Shown here: positions 21,898 through 35,129 of the stretch, one piece after another
Numbering within the stretch: position 1 is the stretch's first letter
How the letters are laid out: each line of letters begins with the position of its first letter
NCBI GenBank assembly: GCA_026023565.1
Contig: JAPETS010000053.1
Span: 62,001 to 126,000 of the forward strand
Source of the DNA: Cirrosporium novae-zelandiae
Lineage: Eukaryota
Direction: 5' to 3'
Length of the DNA stretch: 64,000 bases
Notes under the pieces: generated by a model
The model's input: the letters and a program-made list of their open reading frames with translations, nothing else
What the model was told of the DNA's origin: nothing
Database searches by the model: none
Translations under genes and position numbers: made by a program

Positions 21898-24800
21898 ATG
21901 GTATGTATAAAGACACGAAGATAAGAGGCATAGCTAACCTAAGTATAGTCCGGAGCACCCAGACCCCATGGTGGAGACTACACGTCCCCCAATGCCACTG
22001 TAGTTGGCCCAGGGGATTATGGGAACGGGCGACCCCATGGAGGCAATTATACCTCTCCAAACGCTACCGTTATCCAGCCATATAGTTCAGCTAGTAGTAG
22101 CTCAAGTCGCCCCCATGGCGGAAGCTATACTTCCCCAAACGCTACCGTTGTGCGGCGCGAGGTCCCATCCAGTACCGTAAGTGATAAGGCTCAACATACC
22201 AATACCAGATCCACCTATTCTAAAATCGAGGACTTCAACACATACATTATATAGATTCAAGCTGATTAATAGTCTAGATCAGCTCTCTGAGTTCCTTGAC
22301 CCCTCAACTACCTTCCTCAGAAAACCCCCATGGCGGAACTCATGGCTACCAAAATACGCCACCGACAAGCTGGGAAATGCCTATGAAACAAGTCAGTATT
22401 CCACCTCTGTATCCTTATCGATCAGTAAGCTGAATAATAGTTGAGGATGGACAACCTGTTTCTACTCCTGGAGGATGTTACTTTCCTGCACAACCCCAAT
22501 TACACAATGCTTGGGCGCCACCATCACCAAACGCTTATGCGCAGGTGAGTATCTGATTCCTGATCGACTTAGGATACACCCACTTACATCAAGAAGCAAC
22601 AATATGAAGGTCAAGGTTTCATGTCCCCGCCATTTACGAACAACCAAGCGTCTGCACCAGGAGGGCCTGTACCGGTACGAGGCTTTTTTTCCATGTTTAA
22701 TTGCTTTGGGCGATGTTAGTGACTAGGAGATAATAGAACCCCTTTGAAAATGGCCAAACATTGGAGGGACAGAATCTGTCACATGTACGTAAACTGTCAT
22801 GTCCCATAAATTTAGTAAATAGATGCATCTAACGCCTTGAAAGATTCCCCGCAAGCACCAGAAAGGTTATCGCAATATCGCATACCCACATTCTCTCAAA
22901 TGGGCATTCCCTAATATCTACAAGAAGCCTGGACAGCAATACATGCCAAATATTATCCGTCGCCATCTCGATGCCATGTCAAGGGTTTGGACAGGCCCAG
23001 AGGACGATCGGTACATCAGCCCCATGGATGCACGTCTCTCGAAGCTCGTAGTTCAAGCTGTTGACGATATCTATGAAGGCCCACCCAATTCCACCTGGAG
23101 ACGCACTTTTGTTCGAAACACCAGTCCATTGATCCTGCGGCTTGCCAACCTTCCACTGAATAGGGCACCCCTAGATAGAGCTACCTGGGATGCACAGGTT
23201 TGGGCAACCGTGGCTGGCAAATGGCTCATCTCTTCCATGGCCCTCCTTTGCGTAATGAACTTCCAGCTAGGCTCGACTGGCCAAGTGAGGAATAATGGAT
23301 ACTACGACCCTTTCCACTACAAGTTTTGGGGATATCCTAAAATTGCTCGGAATCCTCAAGAGGGCCAGACCCTGAAACGCCAGGGGAATGCACAGCAGCC
23401 AACAAATGCGGTCATGGAGCGGACTCTGGACCCAAGGTATCTGTGCTTCCTCAAGAACCCAAAGGACGATGAGAATTATGATTTTGAAATATGGCCCGTG
23501 GCTCTCTGGAAAGAAAGACATCCAGAGGCCCTCCAGCATGACATGCGATATGTCGTCGTCGCATATACAGCAAAGCACTTTTCCTCGGACGAGGACCTGA
23601 AAGCCCTCGACCGCATCGCCGTCCGAGCAGCAAGAGACGCCGGCGTCCCCGCATACTGGTGCGGAAGCAACTGCATGCGAGACCCCTCAGAACTCGAAGA
23701 CGACGTCTACCGCATCAGCGACGTGATCCGGGGCTCGCACTCCGTGATCATCGCCCTAAACACCGCCAAAGACAGCATCGGCGCCGAGGTCGACCACGCC
23801 GCCATGCTCAAGGAATGGGGCGACCGCATGTGGACGCTGCCCGAAGCCCTCCTAAGCCCCAAAAACCAACCGCTGAAAATCTACACCGACGACGAATCGG
23901 CCCCGCCCTTCGCCATCGAGAAACAAAACTTTGCCTCCCTCGCCTGGCACGATGCCCTAATCTCCCGCCAGCTCATCGACCACTACGAGGGCAACCTCAC
24001 TCTCGGACGGCTGGAACTCGTCACCCTCGCCCTCCGCTGCATCAGCACGCGCACAACCTCCGAACAAAAATTCCCAGGAGACATGGCATACATCCTGATG
24101 GGCCTGCTCCGCCAACGACCCACAATCGATAAAACCGACAGCGCGTTCCAGGCCTTCGCCAGACTCTCCCTCGCAAACGACAGCGACATGCTCCTCGAAC
24201 GCCTCATCTGCGTACTCCCTGCCTCCCCCTCCCAGCCCTGGCACTGCATGTCCGACGCCTACAACATAAACCTGTGGGACATCTACCCAACATGCCAAAT
24301 CTCCGGCGTCGCCACCGATGACACCATCATCATCGACGGCGCCTTCGGCGCCTGTATCCGCTGGAAATCCTTCGCCCCGGTCGCAAACGTCGTCCAAGCC
24401 TCCTGGCGCCGCCTGTTCTCCCGAATCACCGTCCATGGCGCCCCCACCGCTGCGGTCATAGGTCTAATCCTCGCCTTTATCTACTCCAGCGGCGCCGCAA
24501 AGGCCATCGGGGTCCTAATCCTCCTCTACTCTCTTGTTATCGTCCTCCTCTCCCCCTACCTGGTGCGCCTCCTCTACGGCGGCAAGCTCTGGGGCACCCA
24601 GCCCTGGTTCTTCGGCTTCGAGGGTCATCTCGACCTCCCCACAATCGAATCCCACGTCTTCGGAAACAGCATCGGTCGGCTTGCCTGGTCGACCTGCGGT
24701 AGCAATCTCTCCCGGCATATCCAAAACCAGCATGGCGAATGCATCGGTATCGATCCCACTTCTGACCCCGCGGTCGCGGCTATGGTCGGCCACGCAAGGT

Positions 24801-25111
24801 ACGCTACCCTTGACGAGGAAAAGGTGTTTACGCTCGTAGATACGTATATGATGACGGTGACGATGTTCAAGGCTGTGAGACCACCAGTGGCGGTGCTGAT
24901 TTGTGGAGCCGAGGGCGGCATGCAGAGGGCCGTGTTGTGTAGTTATGGCTGGAAGAGCCAGACTTGTTGGAGGGAGGCGGTGTTGAGGATGGAGACGCCG
25001 GTGCTGGAGAAGATGAGTCGGGTTGGGAGGGTGAGGTTTGGGTTTCGGAGACCGGTTAGTGGTGGTGGGTTTGGGCCTGTGGGTGGTCAGATTGAGGCTG
25101 TGAAGGAGTGA
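21898..25111 (+). CDS. Conserved-looking fungal membrane protein with HET-like domain and N-terminal RPHGGxYTSPNATV repeats (about 7 exons; exon 1 contributes only the ATG)
   Basis: ATG|GTATGT at 21898; short exons splice into the 722-aa ORF. HET-like motif spacing YVVVAYT / AYWCGSNCM / VYRISDVIRGSHSVIIAL / WGDRMWTLPEALLSP; two predicted TM helices near 24450-24580. Confidence 0.75.
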
Positions 25112-26298
25112 GTAAGTGAGTGAGTGAGTGGATGGTTTCTTTCTTTCTTTTTCTTTTTTTCTTCTTCTTCTTCTTCTTCCTCTTCCTTCGACGGCTCCGA
25201 AACCTTTATATAACTTGATGTTGATGATTCTCATTTCTATATTTCCATTGTTTTATATAATCTGTCCAACGTACTGTACGGCTGTCTATCTCAAGGGCTA
25301 TATGATTGATTGATGGATCAATATTTCTTCTTCTTTTCTTCTTTTTTTAATGTTTTCTTTTTAATATAGTTATCTATTTTGAGTAGGGTTTATTATATCT
25401 ATACGCACTCTATACTCATTCACTATACATAATTATGTGCCCTATAACGTAATCTTAATATTTAATATCTAATAGTAGAGATATATAATCCCCGACCCAA
25501 ACTAACCCAACAACAACCTCCTCCTACCACTCGCCATTTATTTTTTAAAATAAAAGAAAAAGAAAATAGTATAGGATAGCGTAGTAGTAGTATGGCGTTT
25601 GTGGGGGGGGGGGGTTGCTTTTTTTTTTAATTTATTTAGTAGATAATGGAGCAAGGATTAGATCGTCGTAATCAACTCCTACATTATATTCCTTCCTCCC
25701 CCACACTCACCCACAAATATACATATCCCACTCCCCTCCCTCTCCCTCCCTCAACTCTGCTTTAGTACTCCACTCCACTCCACTTCCTTAGTACTCCACA
25801 CTCCACAGGATATAATCATTTCCCCACAGCATCCCAAACATCACTAACTTTTGTATACTAATAAAACAAAACAAAACAAGATTTTATTTTATTTTTTTTA
25901 TTTTTTAAACCAAGGTAATTTTATCCCAAATTACGAGATAAGCACAAGCCAGTCGTATTTAGGTGTATTTTTAAGAAGGGGTTTTTTTTTTCGGTTTTAG
26001 GGAGATTTTTGGTTGGATTCTTAGAAGTAAGTGTTGAGTTCTTGGGCGTGTGTGTGTGTGTGTTGTGTGCTGGGAGGGGAGAGAGGGAGATGAAGGAATG
26101 AAACCGTCTACAAACAAATGCACACATAGATAAAAAAAAAAAAAGTAGGAAAAAAAATATACATGGATGAAATAAATACAAAATCAATCCTCTTGAATTG
26201 ATTGATTGATTGAGTCCTTTCTTTCTACCATCCATGTAATTATATACAACCTTCCCCCCTTCCACCAACCTCAAATATCTCATGCCTGTCTGCCTACC

Positions 26299-27282
26299 TT
26301 ACCACCTCCCCCCTGAAACCCACGAAAGCACGCCACCCTTCTGCTGCCCCTCCCCCTCTCCCTTCTCCGCCACTCCCCCTTCCTTCTCAACCCCCTCCCT
26401 CCTCTCCCACTTCCGCACTCGCTCTAGACGCTGAGATTCTATGTTCCGGTTCTCCTCTTCGTAATGTGCGATTACCTTGTCGAGGTTTATACCGCCTTGG
26501 CCTGCGGACACGTTATAGGGGCAGCCGGTGTTGAAGATTCTGTGAGGGTGGAGTGGATGGAGTTAGCTTGGGTTGGTGTGGTGGGCGCGGTGGGTGTGGA
26601 TGTGGATGTGGTGGATAAAAGTGGAGAGGGATGAGGAGGTGGGGGGGTTCGTGTAGATGTAGGCTGTAGAGGAGGTGGAGAGAGAGAGGTGGGGGAAGGA
26701 TGATCAGTATCGGATGGAGATGTATATTCCATCCATCTACCCTCTTCAACTCGAAACTTTCACGAGTGCTCCCCCCCCCCCCCACCCACAAAAACAAAAC
26801 AAAAAACTCACTCCTGAAACCTCAACTCCACGACCCGATTAACCGGCGAATTTAAAAACAACGCGCGATCATTCCCCGCCTGATCCACCATCCGAACATG
26901 CAAATCGTTTCTCTCTCTCCACATCTCTTTCATATCACTATACTTCCGGATCATCCGTGTCGGCCATGGGTCGCTGTCTGAGGCTATGAATCGGTATAGG
27001 CCGTAGCCGATAGGGACGGAGGCTAGGGTTATGTAGAAGCCGCGCTGTATGGAGAGGTGGGGGTTCGTTAGTTTAGGAGGTCTTTTGTTTGCGGAATGGA
27101 GTGGGATGGGTTGGGGTTAGACAAATGAATGAATGGATACATACGCTAAAGTGTTCTTCTTTTGGGGTATCATGATGAGCATGGGCATCGTGATGTGAAT
27201 GGCCTCCGGAATTGAAGCGGCGGGGAGGGGAACGGAGGAGGCGGCGGGAGGAATTGGCGACGGTACGGCAAACTGGAAACAT
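26299..27282 (-). CDS. nuo-17.8: Mitochondrial NADH:ubiquinone oxidoreductase 17.8-kDa accessory subunit-like
   Basis: Arg-rich presequence and His-rich segment; exon 2 GFYITLASVPIGYGLYRF...WRERNDLHVRMVDQAGNDRALFLNS; exon 3 FNTGCPYNVSAGQGGINLDKVIAHYEEEN. Confidence 0.78.
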
Positions 27283-27845
27283 AGCGACGGTTAAAGAGTG
27301 GAGAGGATATGGTTATGAATTTCGGATTCTTTCCAATGGCCCTAGAATGGCTTTCTGGAATTGATGTAGGTTGCTGGAGCTCTGGAGAATGATGGTTGGA
27401 GGTTCGGCGATTAGTCAAGATGTGCGCAACTTAAACCAATCAGAGAAGATATGATTATACCTCAGGAAGCAAACCACGACAACGTCATTTATAAATCTAA
27501 AAGGATTTTCTCTAGCTATTTAAAAGGACATGTAGTCCAGTTATTATCATCAGAATTATGACATGGACCTTTTAATAACCTGATTTTCGCCTATTACGTG
27601 TTACATGGCCTTCTGTACTTCTGATGTACACCTATTTCCACCTACTCCCTATCCCCAAGGCTCAAGCATATTGCGAGTCAACAACGGGTATCTTACATGG
27701 AGCAAATTCGTCTCAAGTATCGCGCCTTCAATATCAAATAAAATGAAAGTAATCGCCCTTAGGAATCAACTCCTATACCTGCTTGGCCAATACCAATAAG
27801 AACCAATCCATATTTAGCCAGACGCCGCCTCGGCTGCTGGTGTTG

Positions 27846-30442
27846 TTATTCCTCCGCTTTGACTCCATCCATAGCATTGCCTTCCTCAAGAACATGCGGC
27901 CGCCATTTTGTGAGCAGCTTCTTTGCTGGGCCGCGAGCATCATCATCTAACATTCATATTAGCAAATTCAAACAAGAATTAGGCAGTAACTTACAGTTTC
28001 TCCACAAGTCTTCCAAAGCATCAATACAGATATCCCTGGCTGGAGGTTTGAGAAGAATTAGGTAACTAGAAAATCATTAGAAAGAGTCAACCAGATCCGA
28101 ACCCATCCAAACTTACTGTAGCGAGTTAACCGCCAAGCCAACCCTCTCTGGATCTCTTGCGAGGCCTTTGACTCTTCCCAGAATAGCTTCATTTACCGTG
28201 GGTATTTCCGATAAGAAGCGGATCAACACCTTATCCTTGGCATCAAGATATGGTGTCATGCCATCGAGAACCCTAAGAACCCAATGATCATAGTTGTGTG
28301 TTGCGGATTCCGGATCTTGCTGTTGTTGGATTTTGTCATTGAGCCATTCCTCATTTAGCCAAGAGATGGCTGTATCTATCCGTCGTCGAAAGTCTTCAAG
28401 AATAAATAGGTATAAAGTCTCTCGGACGGTATCGCTGAGGGAAGGAATCCTGTTGACAACGCTATTGGTACCTTGACTCTTTTTCGAACCAGCGTCGTCA
28501 AATTCTAGCCCAGCAGAGGCCCGCGCCGCTAGTCGTGTAATGACAGTAATCCAAGCATTGCGGTCATAGCTGCTTCCTGCCAATCTGTTCAGCCCGGGTT
28601 TATGTCCTTTACTCGTCGATGGTTCTTCGAGTCGGTTCATCAGACTAAATACCCGTGTAACTGTATCCCTTCCTACACGTGATGTTTCCTCCTCGTCCAT
28701 CGGAGGCGGCTGAGGAACTTTAAATGGTCCCAGGGCGACTTCTGGTGGAAGCTGTATATCCTCTGGAGGAAAGCCATCTGTCTTGTTAAGGACTTGTTCC
28801 ACATCTTCTGTTGGCTGATAGTCTGGTTCGTAGTCATCTTCGTCGTCGTCAATGCCAACAAACGTTGAAATTGGAGGTGCTAGTGTTTGCTGGGATTTAC
28901 TTAAAGTATCATGTCTTGCACGAATGGCCTATACAATATCAGAAGATATATGTGCAATATAGCTCCAAGGGACTCACCTCGACGGCACGGTTTAGTTGGC
29001 GTTGATCTATGCTTTGCAGTACGGGAAGAGCTATTCTTGCAACCAAGTCAATTGGTAGTTGCTGCACATCGAAAGATGTAAATCCAGGATCCGTTGTTAA
29101 AGTAAATAGTTGCGCAAAGCTAGTCGGACCAGGCGGAAGAGGTGGGAAATCAGAACCATCCGAGGATTGTGCTCCAAGACGAGCCCTTTTGGCGTTGTCG
29201 ACACCATCAATCGGTTCAATAGGGGGGCCCCGCTTACGGCTACTTTCATCAAACAACTCGATACGTGATTGCATTAGTCGCTCGATATACTGCTGTATTC
29301 TTCCAGCCAGAGGGCCAGTTGGATTTCTGCCAATAATTAGTACGCCATACCAAACTTTCCTATACACAGGGACCCACCGTTTGTTTGCGTTGATGAGCAG
29401 TGCTCTCGCTGTCCGCTCCATAGACTTGATTATGACCTTGTGCTTTGGTGTTAACGGTCCCGTCATCTGCTTCAAGGGGCTGAAATTAAGGACGGCATTA
29501 AGGATTCTATTCGACACGGAAGGACGGGTACGAATCAAGATAGCAAGACAGTTGAGCGTGGAATTAATAAGGATTGCATCACTACATAGTCAGTAGAGTT
29601 CTTAATAGAAATCCGCAAGGGTCATACCTCGTCTCTTGATGGAAAACATCGAGTAATCTATCTAGAAGCCCTGAAGCTTCGGCTTCTAGATTCGGGGGTG
29701 GTACTAAAGGATGGCTGCGCGGTACGATGGCGAGCGAAATCTCCGTTTGTTCTGGTCGCTATAGGTTTTATAAGTGCATGAAGGAAAGGCTTCGAGACAA
29801 TACGTACTCTTGGATCTGGCATAGGACCTGGGGTTTGGACATGAACAACTCGCTGTACAAACTTAATACAGCATATTCGAACGCTAGAGGGGGCCACATC
29901 CCATCTCTTAAGAATGTTGGATTTAATGGCCGTCATCTTCTCCCATGTTGCCTTGTCATTTGGATTTCCGATGCTGGATACATGCCATGATTAGAAAATC
30001 TCCATTTCTCCATCATATAGGGCCTATAGGTGATGCAACACCTGATGGGGATATAGGAGGTCTACGATGAGGCAAAGGATGAACAAAGAAAGTTCACGTA
30101 CATATGACGAAAGATGAGCGGATATAAACTCGCGGCAGTTTGTATAATGCTCTTAACAACACCCGCATCTTCTCCAGGAATCTCTAGTACTTCCTTCAAG
30201 GTTTGTAAAACTACCAGTGCCAGTGAGGTTTTCGGATCTCCTTTGAAGTCAAGGCTGGCAAATGTCTCGGCAAGGAAATCAGCTCCCCATCTTCGAAGCT
30301 CGATCCTGGCGTTGGCACCAATTATAGGGAGGATGCCTTGGACAATTTGAGTATAGTAGGAAGAATCTCCAAGAACTAGGCTTCGAGCAGCTTCAAGTTG
30401 TAACAGTTGTGCTTCTACTGATAGCTCCGTTGGTGTTGCCAT
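27846..30442 (-). CDS. PTA1: mRNA cleavage/polyadenylation factor Pta1 (symplekin N-terminal domain)
   Basis: ELRRWGADFLAETF, VRICCIKFVQRVV, LIRTRPSVSNRILNAVLNF, LEDFRRRIDTAISWLNEEW, PYLDAKDKVLIRFLSEIP; last exon ends KLLTKWRPHV...AEE*. Confidence 0.9.
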
Positions 30443-31744
30443 GGTGGTGTTGCGGTTTCAAGGTACAGGTTATGGTGATGGGCTGGGGGAAGCAGTGTAA
30501 GATGGAATGTTGGTGAATCAAACAATAGTAAATAGAAGGTCCATAACTATCACAAGTTCTTAAAATTCTGTACTTGAGTTGTTGGACCTCGAGTTGAGGT
30601 GAAGCTGAGTTCTACAAGGTGGATGTTAAAAGAAGTCGATCCTTAAGAGAATCTTGAGAGACTTGAACTTATGAACGAATGCTTTGATTTTCGCGCTAAC
30701 GAACAGCTCCCGCCGAGCCTCAGTTCGGCCCTGACCTGACTAGATCCGCTCAATATTAGATGGATATTCTATATCTTCAATTTATTCAATTTGAATTACA
30801 ACTGCTACCAGACTAATACTATCCACAATGCCTATGTATGTCATCTCTTCTACTTTTAATCTCTTTCAAGAATAACTGATATTCTTCAGTATTCCCCGCT
30901 CCTCCTACTATAACAAAGATTACCGGCCATCAGCTGCTCTAATCCGAGCACGCCGGCCCTATCTGATCAAGAATATTGTAACGGGGACAGCAATTTTCGC
31001 CTTTACCTTGGGAGTTTGTAAGGCCATGAAATATACTGGCCAACTCTTGGAACCAAATGCTGACCATTAAAGATGCCTGGACAATCCATGCCGTTTCCCA
31101 AGACGAATTCGAAGATGTCATTGTGCCTCCAGCACCTTCGGAACAGCCAAACACTTCCACCGGTAAATAAGTCGAGTCAAAGTGAATAGCAACGGCTGCT
31201 ACTGCGGTCATCCTTCTATGTGGATTATGACGGCGTTGGGAGCAATATCAGCCAGTATGCGGGAGCTATTGGACTTGTACTTCTATAGGCTGGTTGTGGG
31301 AACACATACCCTCAGTCACAAAATTATAAATAAATTGTTAGGAATAGCTATCGATAAATCTCCACTTGGAAGGTTGCACTCCCAGATATCTAATGCAACA
31401 CCTCCGTCGGGACTCAAAAAACACAACTATACATTGATTGGTATTTGAACAACCGCGCAGATGCCCCTTCAATGCAATATCCTGCGCCAGACCTAATTCC
31501 AGATCATGCTAAACCCCCTGAGAAAACATTATATGCCGTGAACCTGATCCATCATGAACAACATTATGTCCTGTACTCCGAAGTAATGTATTCCAGAGAT
31601 TTTTTTTGCGCCACACCAACTTCTCTCGTCACTCCATACCATAAACATTGATCAGACCGGCGCAGAAATAATACCATGTACTCTACCGTAAGCGCAAGAC
31701 ATTCATGCTCGAGACTAGATGGAATATATTCAACCAGAATATTT

Positions 31745-34217
31745 TCATCTAGATCCAAATCTACTAATACCCCCCGACCCAGATATTAGGCCGTGCATGT
31801 ATGGTAGTGAATCATTGCGGCGAACCATGTCATCATTTGACTTTGCAGAACCAGGTGTCAAATTGTCTTTGGGGGCAGGGGAACCGAAGATGCCTGTGCG
31901 AGGGTTTGAAGTCTGGAATCCGTTGGAGGCACCAAAGTTAGGCGTAGAGCGAGGATGATATGCACCTTGAGGTCCTCCAGCACGAGCCGGAGCAGACAGA
32001 AATTGAGAATTTTCGGCGAGGGTTTTCCGATGTGTCACGGGAGAGCTTGATGCGGATTTAGAGAACAGTCGACTATCGGCTATAGCAGCTGCATGTCCTT
32101 CTCGAACCTCAAGAGGCGTTGTGGAATTCGAGACGGGATGATTTGGTCGACGTCTTAATAAAGTTGGGCTGACTCTCTCTTCAACGTTTACCGGTGTTCC
32201 ACCGACAGAAGAATTTGGTGCAGATGACATATCAGGAATTGTGGAAGCAGACCCGCGACCAGTAAGATCTGTAACTCGTTTCTGTCCGGCAGGCGTGATA
32301 AGCTGTCCATTCGGGAAATTATTATGATTCTGTGCATATTGGACCAAATGTGGATTCAAAGAGTTCTGAGAATTTGCCCACGTCATTTGGTCTCCGAATG
32401 CATGTTCGTCTGACATTATAGCAGCCTTATTATGTTTTGGCAAGAGACTAGGGGTCATGCTGAAAGGTCCTCCGCGTGGTGGGACATGGTTTGGAACATT
32501 GGACCTATAAGGAGTGGAGGTACTCGCGATCGAGATCTGCAGCAACACAAAGTCAGCCAGGCACTGACCGCATTTTGTTAGGATAACATACTCCCATCTT
32601 TTCATTATCTTCGTCAAGCTCCAATGAGGTAGCACCCTTAAGCTCTGGAGCTGCAGGAAACCCAACATATTTTGCCAATCCCGACAGAATAGATACTTCC
32701 AGATTGTATGCTGCTTGCTGCTTAATTTGCTCAGATCGACGGGCGGGGAATTTATATCCATATTCAACCGATTTTTCAGCGGAACGATCGCGATGAATCT
32801 GCATCCACTGTTTCCCAGCTTCTTCGAGTATGTCCTCTCGTATCTTTCTGGCATCCTGATAGAATTGACTGTGTATATGAGCCCGAGTTGCAACGGCCGT
32901 CGTTTTAAGCGACTGCGCCTTAAAACGGAGTAAGGTCTGCTCATAATTTAATTTGCGATCGCGACGTTCGTCGATGCACTCGACCATTGCTAGGTATTCT
33001 GGATGGGTCGGATTCGGTTGGGTGAGCGATTCGAGTTCTTTATCAACCTGAGCGAGTCGGTCGTCGTACAACCTTGCAACCGTCAGCACCCTGCTATCTT
33101 CAAGCTAAAGCTACTCACTTTTCTTTAAAGATGGCAAACTGCTTTTCTATCGCGCCTAGTGCATCCATTGCTGTTTTCTTCCGAGTTACTGGAGCGACAA
33201 GTTAGCCAATTTTAATTCCTGCATCTAAACTTGGTCCTCATGGGATGGGATGCTCATACCTTCCGCTTCTTCTCTGGCGGCCAGTTCAGCCTCATCTAGT
33301 GCATCTTCATCACCATTCAGATTGGTGATGTGATCTGGAGCTTCTGGTTGTTCGGAACTATCGACGCCTTCATCATCTCCATTCCCAATGGCTTCGACCT
33401 CTTTCGGTTTCCGACCCTTTCTTTTTCCTTTCTTAGCCTTGTGGGATTTGGTAGGACTAGGTGTATAGGATTCTTCCCGAGCAACATCCAGGTTGTCACC
33501 ATCTATTATCTTATCAATAGCGTATTCCGGTATTGACTCCTGGGGCTCGGTATGTGACTCGTGGTCAATGTCAGCAGCTAGGCCATTCTGGATTTCTTTG
33601 TGGGTTTCTTCTTCTGCGTCACTTTTAACAGATCCCGTTCGCTTCCTTGCTGGCTCATCCACCGTGAACTCTGCAGACACGCTACGGCCGTCATGACTTA
33701 ATCGCTTGCGCTTCTTGCTAGCAAGTGTTGTAGGGGAAAGAGGTTCTGTAGCTTCTGGGCCTGGCCCTTCAATTGACACTTCTGGAATATCGTTAATCTG
33801 GGTTTCCGTCACGATATTATCACCGTTTGTCGAAATTTTATCAACAAGCAGTGACGTGGTTTCGAGGGCTTTGGACACATCGGCCTTTGTCTCTTGTGCC
33901 AATTTACTAGGACTGCGCCCGAAAATCCTTGGTATCGATCCAAGTATTACATTTTTGTGCTCCCGGAGCTTTTGCGGGGAGTTCTCCAGCCGCTCTGTTT
34001 CGGCTTCCGATTCTGGCTCTTCGGGAGGGTTTTTAAGAATATCGTCGTTGAATTCCGGCTGTTCATTTTCAGGATCATCACCCAACTCACTTAAGCTACT
34101 CGACCGCGCATCCTCTGGCAATGTGGAATTGGTATCCTCTATCGGCGGTTCCGTCTTTTTGTCTAAAGTTGGCGGTAAAGCAACACTGCTAGGAGCAGTG
34201 TTGGCTTGCACCTCCAT
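31745..34217 (-). CDS. DEP1: Sds3-like family Rpd3L complex subunit (Dep1-like)
   Basis: Acidic N-terminus (SSSLSEL, ESEAETERLENSP); Sds3-like core LYDDRLAQVDKELESL...THPEYLAM...QQAAYNLEVSILSGLAKYVGFPAAP. Confidence 0.82.
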
Positions 34218-34998
34218 CCCAAACAACCCAAAGGCGAGGAAAGTGTATGGCACGATAGGTAGGATGAGGAATTCGTAAGGGTATCAAAATAGCTATCGGA
34301 TGGATTTGCTTCTAATAAAACAATTGTTTAATTAGTATGTGTTTCCAATGACTTTTTGGGGAGAAAAATGGTACGCGCGATAACAAAACGTTTTGCCGAA
34401 GCGCAGTCGAACAACAGGAAGGAACGCTGGAGGTAAATCATTTGCATAAATGTTTAAACCAGCGTAACAACAGCCTGATGCCCTCCAGAGGTGATAGATG
34501 GGGTATGTAGTCGATCCATGTGGCATTGTTATGATGGAAGGTGGATAAAGACTTACTGCCAACCAGCTGTTGCGCCAAATTCAGCTATGGTCACTTCAAC
34601 TTTGGTTCGTAAAGTATTAAAAGGACTCTCTTCATGCCGCAGGGCTCCTAGGATGAGCCTGAGGTCTTGGACGATGCTGCAAGACAACGAAACTCTGAAT
34701 TACAGCAGAGAAACGTGGTCGACTGTCGGAAGTTGACGGGGTGTGAAGTGGATTTTCAGGTGGAAGCTGAAAGGGGAGATTCAGAAATCTTTGGGAGGCA
34801 GATAGAGATGTGTAGATAAGACAGTCTTTTAGATTCAGTTGACAATTATTGACTGCGAGGATCTCGAGAGCAAGGAGGGCGTGGGATGATTTGGAGGAGA
34901 GCTGCAAACCAAGGTGCGAGTGCTGGTTTGCGCATCAAATGAGTGAATGACCGACTGTTACGGTACTAGCGACAAACTATTCCTAAAATGATGATTTT

Positions 34999-35030
34999 CT
35001 TATCGATAAGGTAACAAACGTGAAATTTCC
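34999..35030. promoter_or_regulatory. CTTATCGATAAG palindrome plus RRPE-like TGAAATTT upstream of NOP12
   Basis: Perfect 12-bp palindrome at 34999-35010, about 120 bp before the ATG. Recalled as enriched at ribosome-biogenesis promoters of filamentous ascomycetes (not verified). Confidence 0.5.
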
Positions 35031-35129
35031 TTTTCTTACAAGCTTCCTTCATTTAGCATCAAGAGCACACTTGTTGCCCATAATCCTTTATATTCTTTAC
35101 TGCTATCTCATATTTCTTGTCAAAGAGCA

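Noticed and set aside
23267..25313. Long antisense and alternative-frame ORFs over the HET-like gene
   Set aside because: Shadow ORFs caused by high GC3 of the real CDS.
30800..31740. Short ORFs between PTA1 and DEP1
   Set aside because: No homology cues; likely DEP1 3' UTR and PTA1 promoter.
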